DNA of 64,000 bases from a virus, in the IMG/VR virus record IMGVR_UViG_3300050011_000393, positions 1 to 64,000 of that record; one strand, 5' to 3'. This document shows positions 8,501 to 16,569 of the stretch, one piece after another. The notes beneath the pieces are model-generated. The model saw nothing but the letters and a program-made list of their open reading frames with translations. It had not been told where the DNA came from and did no database searches. How positions within the stretch are numbered: the first letter of the stretch is position 1; each line of letters begins with the position of its first letter. The position numbers were made by a program, and so were the translations under genes.

Positions 8501-11316
8501 GAAGTCCTCAAGGAACTGGAGAAGGCGTTCCAGAAAAAGAAGACCTAGGCCTCGCCAAAGGAGAAGAGGACGGCATAATCTCCGAAGAGAAGATCAAAAA
8601 GGCCAAGGATTCCGAAGAGCCGCCTGAAATTGAGCCGAACAAAAAACTTCAAGCATCTGCGCAGCGATACGCCAAAGCACAAGGCATGGCTCCCATTAAT
8701 CACGAGCCTGTTGAAGCGGACCCTGAGCACGCGCGAGAAATCGCCAAAATTTACGAAGAATCAAAACATGAACCAAATAACCCGCGCGTGAAGGCGGCGT
8801 ACGATGCGTTGAAAGCAGAGACGCTGGCTCAATTCCACCATCTCCGTGACGACCTCGGTTTGAAGTTCAAGCCGCAAGAGGAGGACCCTTACAACTCCGC
8901 AGAACAAATGATGGATGACATCCGCAAGAACAATACTTTGAAAGTTTTCACTGGCTCGAGCACGGGCGAGGATCATCCTCTGTCCGCTATCGCCCCAGGA
9001 ACTGGCGGCCAGTCATACAACACTGTCTTCCGTTGGGTTCATGACGCCATGGGCCATGCTGCTGGCGGAAACGACTTCAGTGAAAACGGCGAGAAGTCTG
9101 CGACCGAAGCGCACGCACAAATGTATAGTGACACCGCGCGCCCCGCGATGCGCAACGAGACCGAAGGCCAGACATCGTGGTTCTTCCACAACCCTGAAGT
9201 TGAATCTGGCGCGAAACAGCCCGGCGACTTTGCGGAACAAAAAGCCGCACTCATTCAAGATGTCTCTCACGACTGGCATGAAACAATTGGTAAGGCTGCA
9301 GCCGAAGACGAAGCGGGCGGCATTAATCCTCGGACAGGAAAATCCGACACGATGGGCATCGGAACCGAGATTTTGCCTGAGTTCCGGCAGCCACTTGGTC
9401 ATGCGCCGACGCCTGCGGATTTCCAGAAGTTTTATGACAGGCATAAAGATTTATTTGATCAGCACCCAGAATTGCGCGTTGGTTTTGATAACATGTCGGC
9501 CGTAGAAGGCGGGCACGAGATCAATATTGGAGCGGTAGGTCCGAACGCCGCGAAGGTCGCCGCGAAGTTAGATCAAAAATCCGCGTTCGATATCAAGAAG
9601 GGTGAAGTCATTCCGACGGGCGGCAGCGGTTTGAAAACTGACTTCAAAGATTATCCTTTGGAAGACCGCATCAAGGATTTGAAGAGCACTCCTACACGCG
9701 CGGATAAACTCGCAGTCCGAGCGCAGCGCACAATCGCGAAGTGGAGACAAAGCGCCGCGTTTGACCCATCGGATGGAGGCACCCCGCAGGCCCCTGCAGC
9801 GCCGCCAGCACCTAAGGGATCGGAGAATATTCCGACAGTCAGCACTCGTACGCCCAGCATCACCGCGAACAAACAAAGCATCGAGAACCACTCGGATAAC
9901 TCACTGACTTCGGATATGCAAGCGGCCGCTGCGGCCCCGGGCTTCCTGAAGAAATTGGCCGACCGTGTCAGCGACATTCCTGGCTTCATTGACCCAGGCG
10001 GAGATGATCACGAAGCGCGCACCAACGCATACATCCGCCATGTCGCGGACAATACGAAATTCGTTCAGAGCAAGGTCACGCCGGAAGAGCATGCGACTGA
10101 TAGTCAGTGGTATCCAGTCGGCGCGCACGAGCGCGGCATTGACGTCGCGAAGAAACACGGGCTAGATGTTCATCAAGCATATGCCATCACGGCGGCACTT
10201 TCACCTTTGACCGACTGGGACCAGAACACCGCCCAGGCGGAGCGCGCGGCGGAAATCTGGAAGAATCAACAAGACACCAAGTTCGATACGAAAATGCGGA
10301 AGGCGGCCGACGAGATTTTGACCGTCCCTGAGATGGAACATTTCCGAAAAATATTCAAGAGTCTCGAAGGAAAAAAACTGGGAGAACTGAAGACGGAAGG
10401 CGAGCAGGCATGGTGGTTACGCCTGTACGAAGAGGGCCACTACGACCGCTCGTTTCAAACATGGAATCCGGATGGCACCTCTGCAGGGCTGGCCATGAAC
10501 TCTGACGGGGTTACTCCGAAGGCAATGAGCTGGAGTTTCCAAAGTCTGATTGAGAACGCTATCAGTATTATGAAGGATGGGTCTCCCGAGAATATCAGCA
10601 AGTCTCTTGGAGAAGGGCACAAAGTTCGAAATTTCTATAACAACCAGTTGTCTCCTGATGACCCGCGTTTTTTAACAGTTGACACACACCAGGTCAATAT
10701 AGGACAATTGAGGCCGATGTCCGGTTCGTATCCCGATGTGGCTGATAACTTTGGTACGCCGACCAACGTGCCGCATGGCTTGAGCGGCACTTATGTGCTG
10801 CACGATGCAGGGACGCGCCTGGCCGCCAAGGAGCTCGGGATCGACATTCCTAGCCGCTTGCAGTCATCCGGCTGGGTGAAGATTCGCAAAGTATTCCCGA
10901 ACAAGTTTAAGACGGAAGAAAATCTCGCGGTCATAGATGCGATATGGAAGGAGCACACAGATGGAAAAATCACAGCCGACGACGCCAGAAACAGAATCTG
11001 GGACTTCGCCGAAGGATGGAACCGAGATGCTGCTCGAAAAGTTCGGAATCCCAGTAACTCGGGAGAATTATCTGAACCTGGCGTTCGCGGGGAAGCCTCC
11101 GCAGCCAATGGATGGGGAGATCGAGGCGATGCTGCCGAGGAAGTTTCGGAACCAGGAGTAGATGACACCTCTTTCGACTTCGGGGCGAACGAGAAGCCTG
11201 TAGTGGCGGCCTCGCGCAAGAGTAAAGGGTCCGAGAAATCATATGCCAAGAAGGCAGCCGAAGTGCAGGGCTTGATCGCAGCCCTACATGATCTCAAGAC
11301 CCCAGGTAAAAAATAA
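5563..11316 (+). CDS. Large polyvalent protein (1917 aa) with M41-like metallopeptidase, second HDxxGH zincin-like domain and C-terminal putative DNA-acting domain
   Basis: TIRHELGH...LGGIAAD...GGDG; FRWVHDAMGH...ETEGQTSW; AITAALSP...KVRNFYNN...LTVDTH; domains joined by disordered linkers. Confidence 0.75.
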   Translation: MADETTQTPAPAPVPDSIPIDLEPSAAPASIPIDLNPTYDPTQDKRAPFLKTNLNPTGPTIQEAHKPLTQRVKEAVTENIPEFSQRTVNDPKYGTKSFLPDSDVMTQQERKDLPVVAGAMDVASELASPGTIGTIAATAGLGEAPAIVSKVASALFAGQIAKSVYDQYPALQAAVDKAQHAKSQQEHDDAFADAQKILTHMGVDTAFGLLAAKHGAEGAKDLLDATTGSGVPDEASTLKAKYQENQIAPRAPEPEEKPAAPEDVHPEMNRQTVKELQHLGYSTQHITNFNITEIRDILKNQTPASEYKFSTTDRRWNPDLPNPATAKPAPEPDKFADQGGKLVGPQPETEAAAEKPSQTAENATETADPVEDLIMSDKIQGKKVKGATPKVEPTELARSAGPTPSGLIERTTGDPKSDAAIKAGGAVPAGTMLGLVQFHDPKTGSTLALKPEAVTPEAVQQHLAASRKAFGLTPEPDALAGVGGKFVGQQPAAAPAPYHPDLQKVIDDNGGTHSSAAKAVSPDEGSFITPDGKFVSVKGTHDIAIGRANPKDRPEGRIDNRPSFLDDTGAIRTRMRVTKAGSSLSVTVPKNGISPEQLDALRRSVQAMGPYGNLVIERSDISRNNRDTASTTKEQVKPYQVEDALREIGAHPEQQDILSKELHTPHKQTYGMEVTDAEGKVQNVPIEAHSAKQALNTIVKKFPDAHRWRLATAPEEKAPSTDYSVPAGKIQKMKESAGRSEIHTIRHELGHIFAGAAVGMKTNGMLSSSHPAMPSDARAAVAWSSDGLYEKGRIKPDKRLAVIQASLGGIAADKVFNDTPRSANHNFDIRAGGDGTKAYELLRDAGYNHADAMEKMHELIDTEVERLSHPAIMSVIHENAGVREPGLSRQYHYSPERLNSIVAEANRRMTDEKYTEKRDNGAANGAVNQGREGDVARTESGVSPAVGSEPKKEGVINDNGATGSGGSEISPADVANGKSGSPQGTGEGVPEKEDLGLAKGEEDGIISEEKIKKAKDSEEPPEIEPNKKLQASAQRYAKAQGMAPINHEPVEADPEHAREIAKIYEESKHEPNNPRVKAAYDALKAETLAQFHHLRDDLGLKFKPQEEDPYNSAEQMMDDIRKNNTLKVFTGSSTGEDHPLSAIAPGTGGQSYNTVFRWVHDAMGHAAGGNDFSENGEKSATEAHAQMYSDTARPAMRNETEGQTSWFFHNPEVESGAKQPGDFAEQKAALIQDVSHDWHETIGKAAAEDEAGGINPRTGKSDTMGIGTEILPEFRQPLGHAPTPADFQKFYDRHKDLFDQHPELRVGFDNMSAVEGGHEINIGAVGPNAAKVAAKLDQKSAFDIKKGEVIPTGGSGLKTDFKDYPLEDRIKDLKSTPTRADKLAVRAQRTIAKWRQSAAFDPSDGGTPQAPAAPPAPKGSENIPTVSTRTPSITANKQSIENHSDNSLTSDMQAAAAAPGFLKKLADRVSDIPGFIDPGGDDHEARTNAYIRHVADNTKFVQSKVTPEEHATDSQWYPVGAHERGIDVAKKHGLDVHQAYAITAALSPLTDWDQNTAQAERAAEIWKNQQDTKFDTKMRKAADEILTVPEMEHFRKIFKSLEGKKLGELKTEGEQAWWLRLYEEGHYDRSFQTWNPDGTSAGLAMNSDGVTPKAMSWSFQSLIENAISIMKDGSPENISKSLGEGHKVRNFYNNQLSPDDPRFLTVDTHQVNIGQLRPMSGSYPDVADNFGTPTNVPHGLSGTYVLHDAGTRLAAKELGIDIPSRLQSSGWVKIRKVFPNKFKTEENLAVIDAIWKEHTDGKITADDARNRIWDFAEGWNRDAARKVRNPSNSGELSEPGVRGEASAANGWGDRGDAAEEVSEPGVDDTSFDFGANEKPVVAASRKSKGSEKSYAKKAAEVQGLIAALHDLKTPGKK
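8294..8428 (+). CDS. Nested +1-frame micro-protein A (44 aa)
   Basis: AGGAG-N8-ATG; MKNIPKSVTTEQLMGQLTKDVKAMSPEQKAEFRLQLEASLKKKG; paralog of 8432..8548. Confidence 0.7.
   Translation: MKNIPKSVTTEQLMGQLTKDVKAMSPEQKAEFRLQLEASLKKKG
8432..8548 (+). CDS. Nested +1-frame micro-protein B (38 aa)
   Basis: AAGGGG-N6-ATG; MTTEQLGQAVLKSVQQMSPTEKAEVLKELEKAFQKKKT. Confidence 0.7.
   Translation: MTTEQLGQAVLKSVQQMSPTEKAEVLKELEKAFQKKKT
10961..11161 (+). CDS. Nested +1-frame small protein C (66 aa)
   Basis: AAGGAG-N7-ATG; globular-looking LLEKFGIPVTRENYLNLAFAGKPPQPMDGEIEAMLP while the main frame is low complexity. Confidence 0.65.
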   Translation: MEKSQPTTPETESGTSPKDGTEMLLEKFGIPVTRENYLNLAFAGKPPQPMDGEIEAMLPRKFRNQE

Positions 11317-11756
11317 TGACTCAGGCCCAAAAAGATCGAGCTAAAGATCTCAGTCTTCAGCGCAAGTACGGCATCACCCTTATCCGACAAAACGAAATCA
11401 GAGCAGAACAGAACAATCGATGCAAAACCTGCGGAGTAGAGTTCACCGCAGAGAATCCTGCCTGTACCGACCATTTTCACTTTCGCATTACGACACGAAA
11501 ACTTGGTAAAAAGAACTGGGAAGCTGTTAGCATGGACGAACGCGGGGTCGTGAGCGCAATCGTCATCTCAGGTCGTCTTACCCAGAAAGCGGCGCGGGCA
11601 GATATGCGTGGCGTTATGGTCCCTCGCTCGGTGCGCGGGCTCCTCTGCAGGAAATGTAATCGCGGACTCGGATATATCGAGCGATTCTTCGACGCCGCCC
11701 GCCATCCCGAAAATCTCCTCCCTGTCATCGAATATTTGAAATCCCGCTTGACATAG
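11316..11756 (+). CDS. Endonuclease VII-like homing endonuclease
   Basis: RKYGIT...QNNRCKTC...TDHFH...VRGLLCRKCNRGLG, with an insertion between motifs. Confidence 0.8.
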   Translation: MTQAQKDRAKDLSLQRKYGITLIRQNEIRAEQNNRCKTCGVEFTAENPACTDHFHFRITTRKLGKKNWEAVSMDERGVVSAIVISGRLTQKAARADMRGVMVPRSVRGLLCRKCNRGLGYIERFFDAARHPENLLPVIEYLKSRLT

Positions 11757-11792
11757 GCGCGGGGTTTTGATACCTTATTTTCTGGAGGACTT

Positions 11793-12560
11793 ATGTCTAC
11801 CACCCCTGCACCGACTCCCGCAGCAACAACAACTCTCGCAACAATAGAAAAGGATATCACCTGGATTCGTGGTCATATCATCATCGCGCTGTTGGCCGTC
11901 GCGATAATTGCAGGCAGCATTATCGGCGGGGTCTCGTTATTCGAGAGCTTGATCGAACGGCATGACGCGCGTGTCGCGGCCGCGCAACTCCAAAAAGAGG
12001 GCGTCGACACCGCTACACAGACCGCGTTCCTAGCCCAACTGGAGCAGGACCGAGCTGCTAATACTGCCCGCGACACTCAGCAGGCCGCGTTAATTCAAAC
12101 TTTGGTCTCTCAGATGGCCCAGCAACACGCCCAGACGGCGAAGCAGATTCAGACTGACGCCACCCTTGACGCAAAGACCGCAGCCGCGCGCCTAGTTTCG
12201 CAGATGAAAGCAAGCTCGAGTGACGTAACGGTCACTAATGACCTGGTCACGCTGACGTTACCGCTTACTCGAAACGTGGTCGCCAGCCTTGATTTATTGC
12301 CTCAAGCACAGAGCGATGTGGTCAACCTTCAAGGCCAACTTTCCGCGCAGCAAATCCTGACTTCTGATGCTAAAGTAGAGGCTTCTGACGCCCAGAAAGT
12401 CATAGCGGCGGACAAAGTTGAACTCATTGCAACCATTAAAGCTGATAATTCCGCGTGCGATGTCCGTATCGACAAGCAGGCCCGAAAAGACTTGAAGCGC
12501 GGGTTCTGGGCGTCGGTGGTCAGTATTGTCGGCGGAATCCTTATTCGTAGCGCGCTGTAA
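11793..12560 (+). CDS. Membrane-anchored coiled-coil protein (spanin-like)
   Basis: N-terminal TM, long Q/A-rich coiled coil, C-terminal hydrophobic helix. Confidence 0.5.
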   Translation: MSTTPAPTPAATTTLATIEKDITWIRGHIIIALLAVAIIAGSIIGGVSLFESLIERHDARVAAAQLQKEGVDTATQTAFLAQLEQDRAANTARDTQQAALIQTLVSQMAQQHAQTAKQIQTDATLDAKTAAARLVSQMKASSSDVTVTNDLVTLTLPLTRNVVASLDLLPQAQSDVVNLQGQLSAQQILTSDAKVEASDAQKVIAADKVELIATIKADNSACDVRIDKQARKDLKRGFWASVVSIVGGILIRSAL

Positions 12561-12582
12561 AAATCTAGCTTAGGGAGTAAGA

Positions 12583-12870
12583 ATGCCACTACCTGCAGGT
12601 TTTAAATTGAATGGTCATATTACTACCAAACAGACTCACGTATCGCCGCGCATCCGGAAGATCCTGTCGATTCTGGATAAGTTGCCTCTAAATGAAGTGA
12701 TGACCACAATGGAGCTCAGTATTCGGCTGGGAATGTCGGTTAGCGGCAATTTCACGAATCAGCCAGTGTTGGAGCCCTACCGAGAAAAAATAGACAATAA
12801 ATTGTTTTGGGGTAATCGCAAGACCGTAGAATCATTGCGGAAGCAGTTAGCTACCTGCGAGGCGCGCTAA
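12583..12870 (+). CDS. Hypothetical protein, possible winged HTH
   Basis: GGGAG SD; coupled to the next gene. Confidence 0.5.
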   Translation: MPLPAGFKLNGHITTKQTHVSPRIRKILSILDKLPLNEVMTTMELSIRLGMSVSGNFTNQPVLEPYREKIDNKLFWGNRKTVESLRKQLATCEAR

Positions 12871-14405
12871 TGTCGAAGATTAAAGACCTTCTCAAAAAGA
12901 AGAAAGTGACCGCAGCCCGAGCGAAACTGAAAAAGCCGACGAAGCCGTTCTCCAAAGGGACGATTCACGGCCTGGTGATGGAAACGCTGCCTCTTCCGCA
13001 AAAAGGGAATATTAAGCGGTACATTTTGACATCCGCGCAAAACAATACTCCCGTGCATGCAGGGACATGGAAAAATATCCTTGCTCTGGCGAAACACTAC
13101 GAAGCAGAAATTTTTGTTGGGACTTTTACTTACGATAAAAACTCTTATGGGCCGATGGCCGTAAAAAAGGATACATTCCAGGGCGGCGATACGATGCCGT
13201 GGTATGCCCCTGAAGTGATGCCTTATTTTAAAGACTCTAGAATTCAACTTGGCGCTGGATTAATCTGGTGTGGAGAAGCTAACATCATCCCTACTGCAAG
13301 CGATCCGCTATCAGGATCTGAAATCTACGAAGGGCGTCAATCAATCATCTTCCCGCACGCCAAAATCTCGATGCGGAGCATCGCCTCGACTGGCGGCAGC
13401 GGCGCTAAATTAGCATACACCACAGGCACCGTCACGCAGCGCAACTATATTCAAAAACGCGCGGGAATGAAGGCCGAGTTTCATCACACGTATGGCGGAC
13501 TGCTAGTGGAAGTTGACAGCACGGGAGTCTGGCGCGTGCGACAGTTAGATGCGGAAACCTCGACAGGTACAATTCATGACTTGACCTTGAAAGCGGAGAA
13601 CGGGGTAGTCACGGACGGCCATTCCGTCGAAGCGATTGTTTGGGGAGATATCCACGCGACGCGCATTGACCCGTCAGTATTGACCCTGGCCGCGACGGGC
13701 AAGGAAAATATGCTGGACGTGCTGAAGCCTAAATACCAGTTCATTCACGACTTGATTGAGGGGGCTTCGGTTAATCATCACGACGCTCGGAAACCACTCG
13801 AACGATTCAAGACGTCCCTTCGCGGCTTGACCGTTGTGCGAGATGAACTCCAAATCAGCGCGGATGTTCTCAAACTCTACCACCGCGACAACACGGAAAT
13901 GGTAGTAGTGAATTCCAATCATGACCGTTGGCTGGACCGCTGGTTGGACAACTTCAATCCCCAGTTCGATGACCCGCGCAACGCTGAAATATATTACGAC
14001 GGTAATGCCGCTCGCTATCGTTCTGCGCGGGACGGCGGCCACTTGAATGTGTTAGAGTACTTGCTGCAACGCCACACCGACTTCGCTATTCCTGCCCGTT
14101 TTTTGCAGATGGATGAATCTTTCTTGATATGCAATAAGCGCTTGGAGTGCGGCCAACACGGGGATCTTGGAGCCAACGGGTCGGCGGGATCTCCAAAACA
14201 GTTATCGAAAGTCGGACGGCGCGCTATCACCGCACACACGCACACCGCAGGCATTTATGACGGCCTTTATGTTGCGGGAACCAGTACAGCATTTCGCTGG
14301 GGATATAACCACGGCCCTAGTTCGTGGACCCATAGCCATGTCTTGGTATACCCGAACGGCAAGAGAGCCATTATCACCATGTTTGATGGTGCCTGGCGAG
14401 CCTAG
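12870..14405 (+). CDS. T5 A1-like calcineurin-type metallophosphoesterase/nuclease
   Basis: [13 protein letters not shown]-terminal motif; GDIH, FIHD, SNHD, QHGD, HTH metal ligands. Confidence 0.75.
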   Translation: MSKIKDLLKKKKVTAARAKLKKPTKPFSKGTIHGLVMETLPLPQKGNIKRYILTSAQNNTPVHAGTWKNILALAKHYEAEIFVGTFTYDKNSYGPMAVKKDTFQGGDTMPWYAPEVMPYFKDSRIQLGAGLIWCGEANIIPTASDPLSGSEIYEGRQSIIFPHAKISMRSIASTGGSGAKLAYTTGTVTQRNYIQKRAGMKAEFHHTYGGLLVEVDSTGVWRVRQLDAETSTGTIHDLTLKAENGVVTDGHSVEAIVWGDIHATRIDPSVLTLAATGKENMLDVLKPKYQFIHDLIEGASVNHHDARKPLERFKTSLRGLTVVRDELQISADVLKLYHRDNTEMVVVNSNHDRWLDRWLDNFNPQFDDPRNAEIYYDGNAARYRSARDGGHLNVLEYLLQRHTDFAIPARFLQMDESFLICNKRLECGQHGDLGANGSAGSPKQLSKVGRRAITAHTHTAGIYDGLYVAGTSTAFRWGYNHGPSSWTHSHVLVYPNGKRAIITMFDGAWRA

Positions 14406-14422
14406 TTTTCAAGGAGCACCAC

Positions 14423-15418
14423 TTGAGCGATAAAGAAGAACCAAAAGGTTTAAGCGAAGTATTAGCCAGCATTGAAAAAACGCACGGCAAGGGATCTGTG
14501 ATGATGCTTGGCAGCAAGAAATTTGTGGCCATGGACGTGGTTCCTACTTCCTCCTTGGCGTTGGATAAGGCCCTTGGCGTTGGAGGCATCCCGCGCGGGC
14601 GCGTTGTCGAAATCTACGGTCCTGAATCTGGTGGCAAAACAACTCTGGCGCTCCACATCATCGCCGAAGCACAAAAACTCGGGGGCCAGGCTGCGTACAT
14701 CGACGCAGAGCACGCCATGGACCCTGTCTATGCCCGCCGTCTTCACGTAGATGTTGATCACATGATCATCTCGCAACCCGACAACGGCGAGCAAGCTCTG
14801 GAGATTACCAAGTCACTGGTGGAGTCGGGCAAGGTCGCTATTGTGGTGGTGGATTCTGTTGCCGCTTTAGTCCCGAAGGCGGAACTAGAGGGGGATATGG
14901 GCGATCCGCAGATGGGTCTCCAGGCGCGCCTGATGTCGCAAGCCCTTCGCAAACTGACGGGGATCACAAACCAGTCGAAGACGATTTTAATTTTCATTAA
15001 TCAGATTCGTGAAAAGATTGGCGTCATGTTCGGCAATCCTGAAACTACCACGGGCGGGCGCGCACTGAAGTTCTACTCCTCCATTCGCCTAGACATTCGT
15101 AAAACCGAGTTGATCAAAGACGGCGACAAGGTTATCGGAGCCAAGACTCGCATTAAAGTCGTCAAGAATAAAGTTGCTCCTCCGTTCACTGAAGCGGAAG
15201 TTCGCATTATGTATGGACATGGTATTTCCCACGAAGCGGATCTGATTGTTCTTGGTGAATCGCAGGGCGTGCTCGAAAAGACAGGCTCGTTTTTCTCATA
15301 TAAAGGCCAGAAAGTAGGCCAAGGATTCGAGCAAGTTCGCAATTTCTTGTTGCAAAACGCAGAAATTGCTGCTAAAATCGAAGCGGATTTGAGAGCCATC
15401 ATTTTCAAAAAGGAATAA
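14423..15418 (+). CDS. recA: RecA recombinase
   Basis: [52 protein letters not shown]. Confidence 0.97.
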   Translation: MSDKEEPKGLSEVLASIEKTHGKGSVMMLGSKKFVAMDVVPTSSLALDKALGVGGIPRGRVVEIYGPESGGKTTLALHIIAEAQKLGGQAAYIDAEHAMDPVYARRLHVDVDHMIISQPDNGEQALEITKSLVESGKVAIVVVDSVAALVPKAELEGDMGDPQMGLQARLMSQALRKLTGITNQSKTILIFINQIREKIGVMFGNPETTTGGRALKFYSSIRLDIRKTELIKDGDKVIGAKTRIKVVKNKVAPPFTEAEVRIMYGHGISHEADLIVLGESQGVLEKTGSFFSYKGQKVGQGFEQVRNFLLQNAEIAAKIEADLRAIIFKKE

Positions 15419-15421
15419 ATC

Positions 15422-15772
15422 GTGACTCATCCCATTACCAATAAAACAAATGTTCTTCCGACCGATGCGGCCGAACGCAAGGGAATTCCTATCGCAACGG
15501 GAGTGCTGGATTATTTCCCCGCCGCACTGGCCGAAATCGCCAAGGTCTCGAAGGTCGGGAACGACCAGCATAATCCCGGCGAACCCTTGCACTGGGCGCG
15601 CGGCAAGTCCACTGATCAAGACGATACTATTATCCGCCATTTCTTGGAGCGTGGGACAATTGACCCGTGCGATGGACAGCGGCACACGGCGAAGTTAGCC
15701 TGGCGGGTTCTGGCGCTGCTGCAGCTCGAACTAGAGGATGCAGGCGCGCCAATAGCTCGGGGGGCAAAATGA
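15422..15772 (+). CDS. dATP/dGTP diphosphohydrolase domain protein (DUF5664-like)
   Basis: FPAALAEIAKVSKVGNDQH...W.RGKS...IRH...HTAKLAWR. Confidence 0.75.
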   Translation: MTHPITNKTNVLPTDAAERKGIPIATGVLDYFPAALAEIAKVSKVGNDQHNPGEPLHWARGKSTDQDDTIIRHFLERGTIDPCDGQRHTAKLAWRVLALLQLELEDAGAPIARGAK

Positions 15773-16119
15773 AAAACATCGACGATTACGGCCAGTTCAC
15801 CTCTGATATGTGGTTTTCTGGAAAGAGGCCAGAGGGAACTCCGCTATTTACTCCAGACCAAGAACGGGAGTTAGCCATCATGGCTCTCGGGCTCGCGGGA
15901 GAAAATGGAGAGGTCTTGGAGCATATCAAAAAAGTCATCCGCGATAATCATCTTGACCGAGACGAATTAAAAAAGGAACTCGGCGATGCGGTATTTTATT
16001 GGGCGCGGCTTTGCATATTTTTTGGTTTCGAACCATCAGAAGTTTTGTCCGCAAACAAAGAGAAGTTGGAGTCTCGTCGAGCGCGCGGAGTCTTGCGGGG
16101 CGACGGAGACAATCGATAA
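15769..16119 (+). CDS. MazG-like nucleotide pyrophosphohydrolase
   Basis: LGLAGENGEVLEHIKK...ELGDAVFY...N.EKLESR...GDGDNR. Confidence 0.88.
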   Translation: MKNIDDYGQFTSDMWFSGKRPEGTPLFTPDQERELAIMALGLAGENGEVLEHIKKVIRDNHLDRDELKKELGDAVFYWARLCIFFGFEPSEVLSANKEKLESRRARGVLRGDGDNR

Positions 16120-16164
16120 ACGTCAAGTTTATGCGCTTAAAAACTGGACACATGGAGGAGCACC

Positions 16165-16569
16165 ATGCGAGTATATCTGGCCGCGCCGTATGTAAAGAAA
16201 AACGAAATTAAGGCCTACGCCACTGAATTGCGAGCAGGCGGAGTTGAAGTGACTTCCTCTTGGCTAGATGAGCCACATGATCCGTCCATGGGTCCCAAAG
16301 ACCTGACCCCCAAACAGAATCAGAAATACGCGGTGACCGATGTGTTCGATGTGCGCCGCGCCCAAGTCTTTGTGCTGTTTACCGATAAGACCAAGGCGGT
16401 CATCCGCGCAGGGCGGCACGTCGAGTTTGGAGTTGCAGTCGAGCGCAGTATGCCTATTTATGTGGTCGGAGAAGAGCGCGAGAACATCTTTCACTACCTG
16501 CCGTTTGTTACGCACGTCGATTCATGGGAACGGCTGCGGGACTACCTGATCGCCATGGCGGCGCGTTGA
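16165..16569 (+). CDS. Nucleoside 2-deoxyribosyltransferase-like protein
   Basis: VYLAAPY...D..DV...GRHVEFGVA. Confidence 0.75.
   Translation: MRVYLAAPYVKKNEIKAYATELRAGGVEVTSSWLDEPHDPSMGPKDLTPKQNQKYAVTDVFDVRRAQVFVLFTDKTKAVIRAGRHVEFGVAVERSMPIYVVGEERENIFHYLPFVTHVDSWERLRDYLIAMAAR

Noticed and set aside
9041-9505. +1-frame ORF within the polyvalent gene as a fourth nested gene
   Set aside because: No clear SD; Arg/Pro-rich shadow composition; the main frame here looks like a folded domain
15422-16569. 2-aminoadenine (Z) genome pathway
   Set aside because: No PurZ or DatZ-like gene seen in the window
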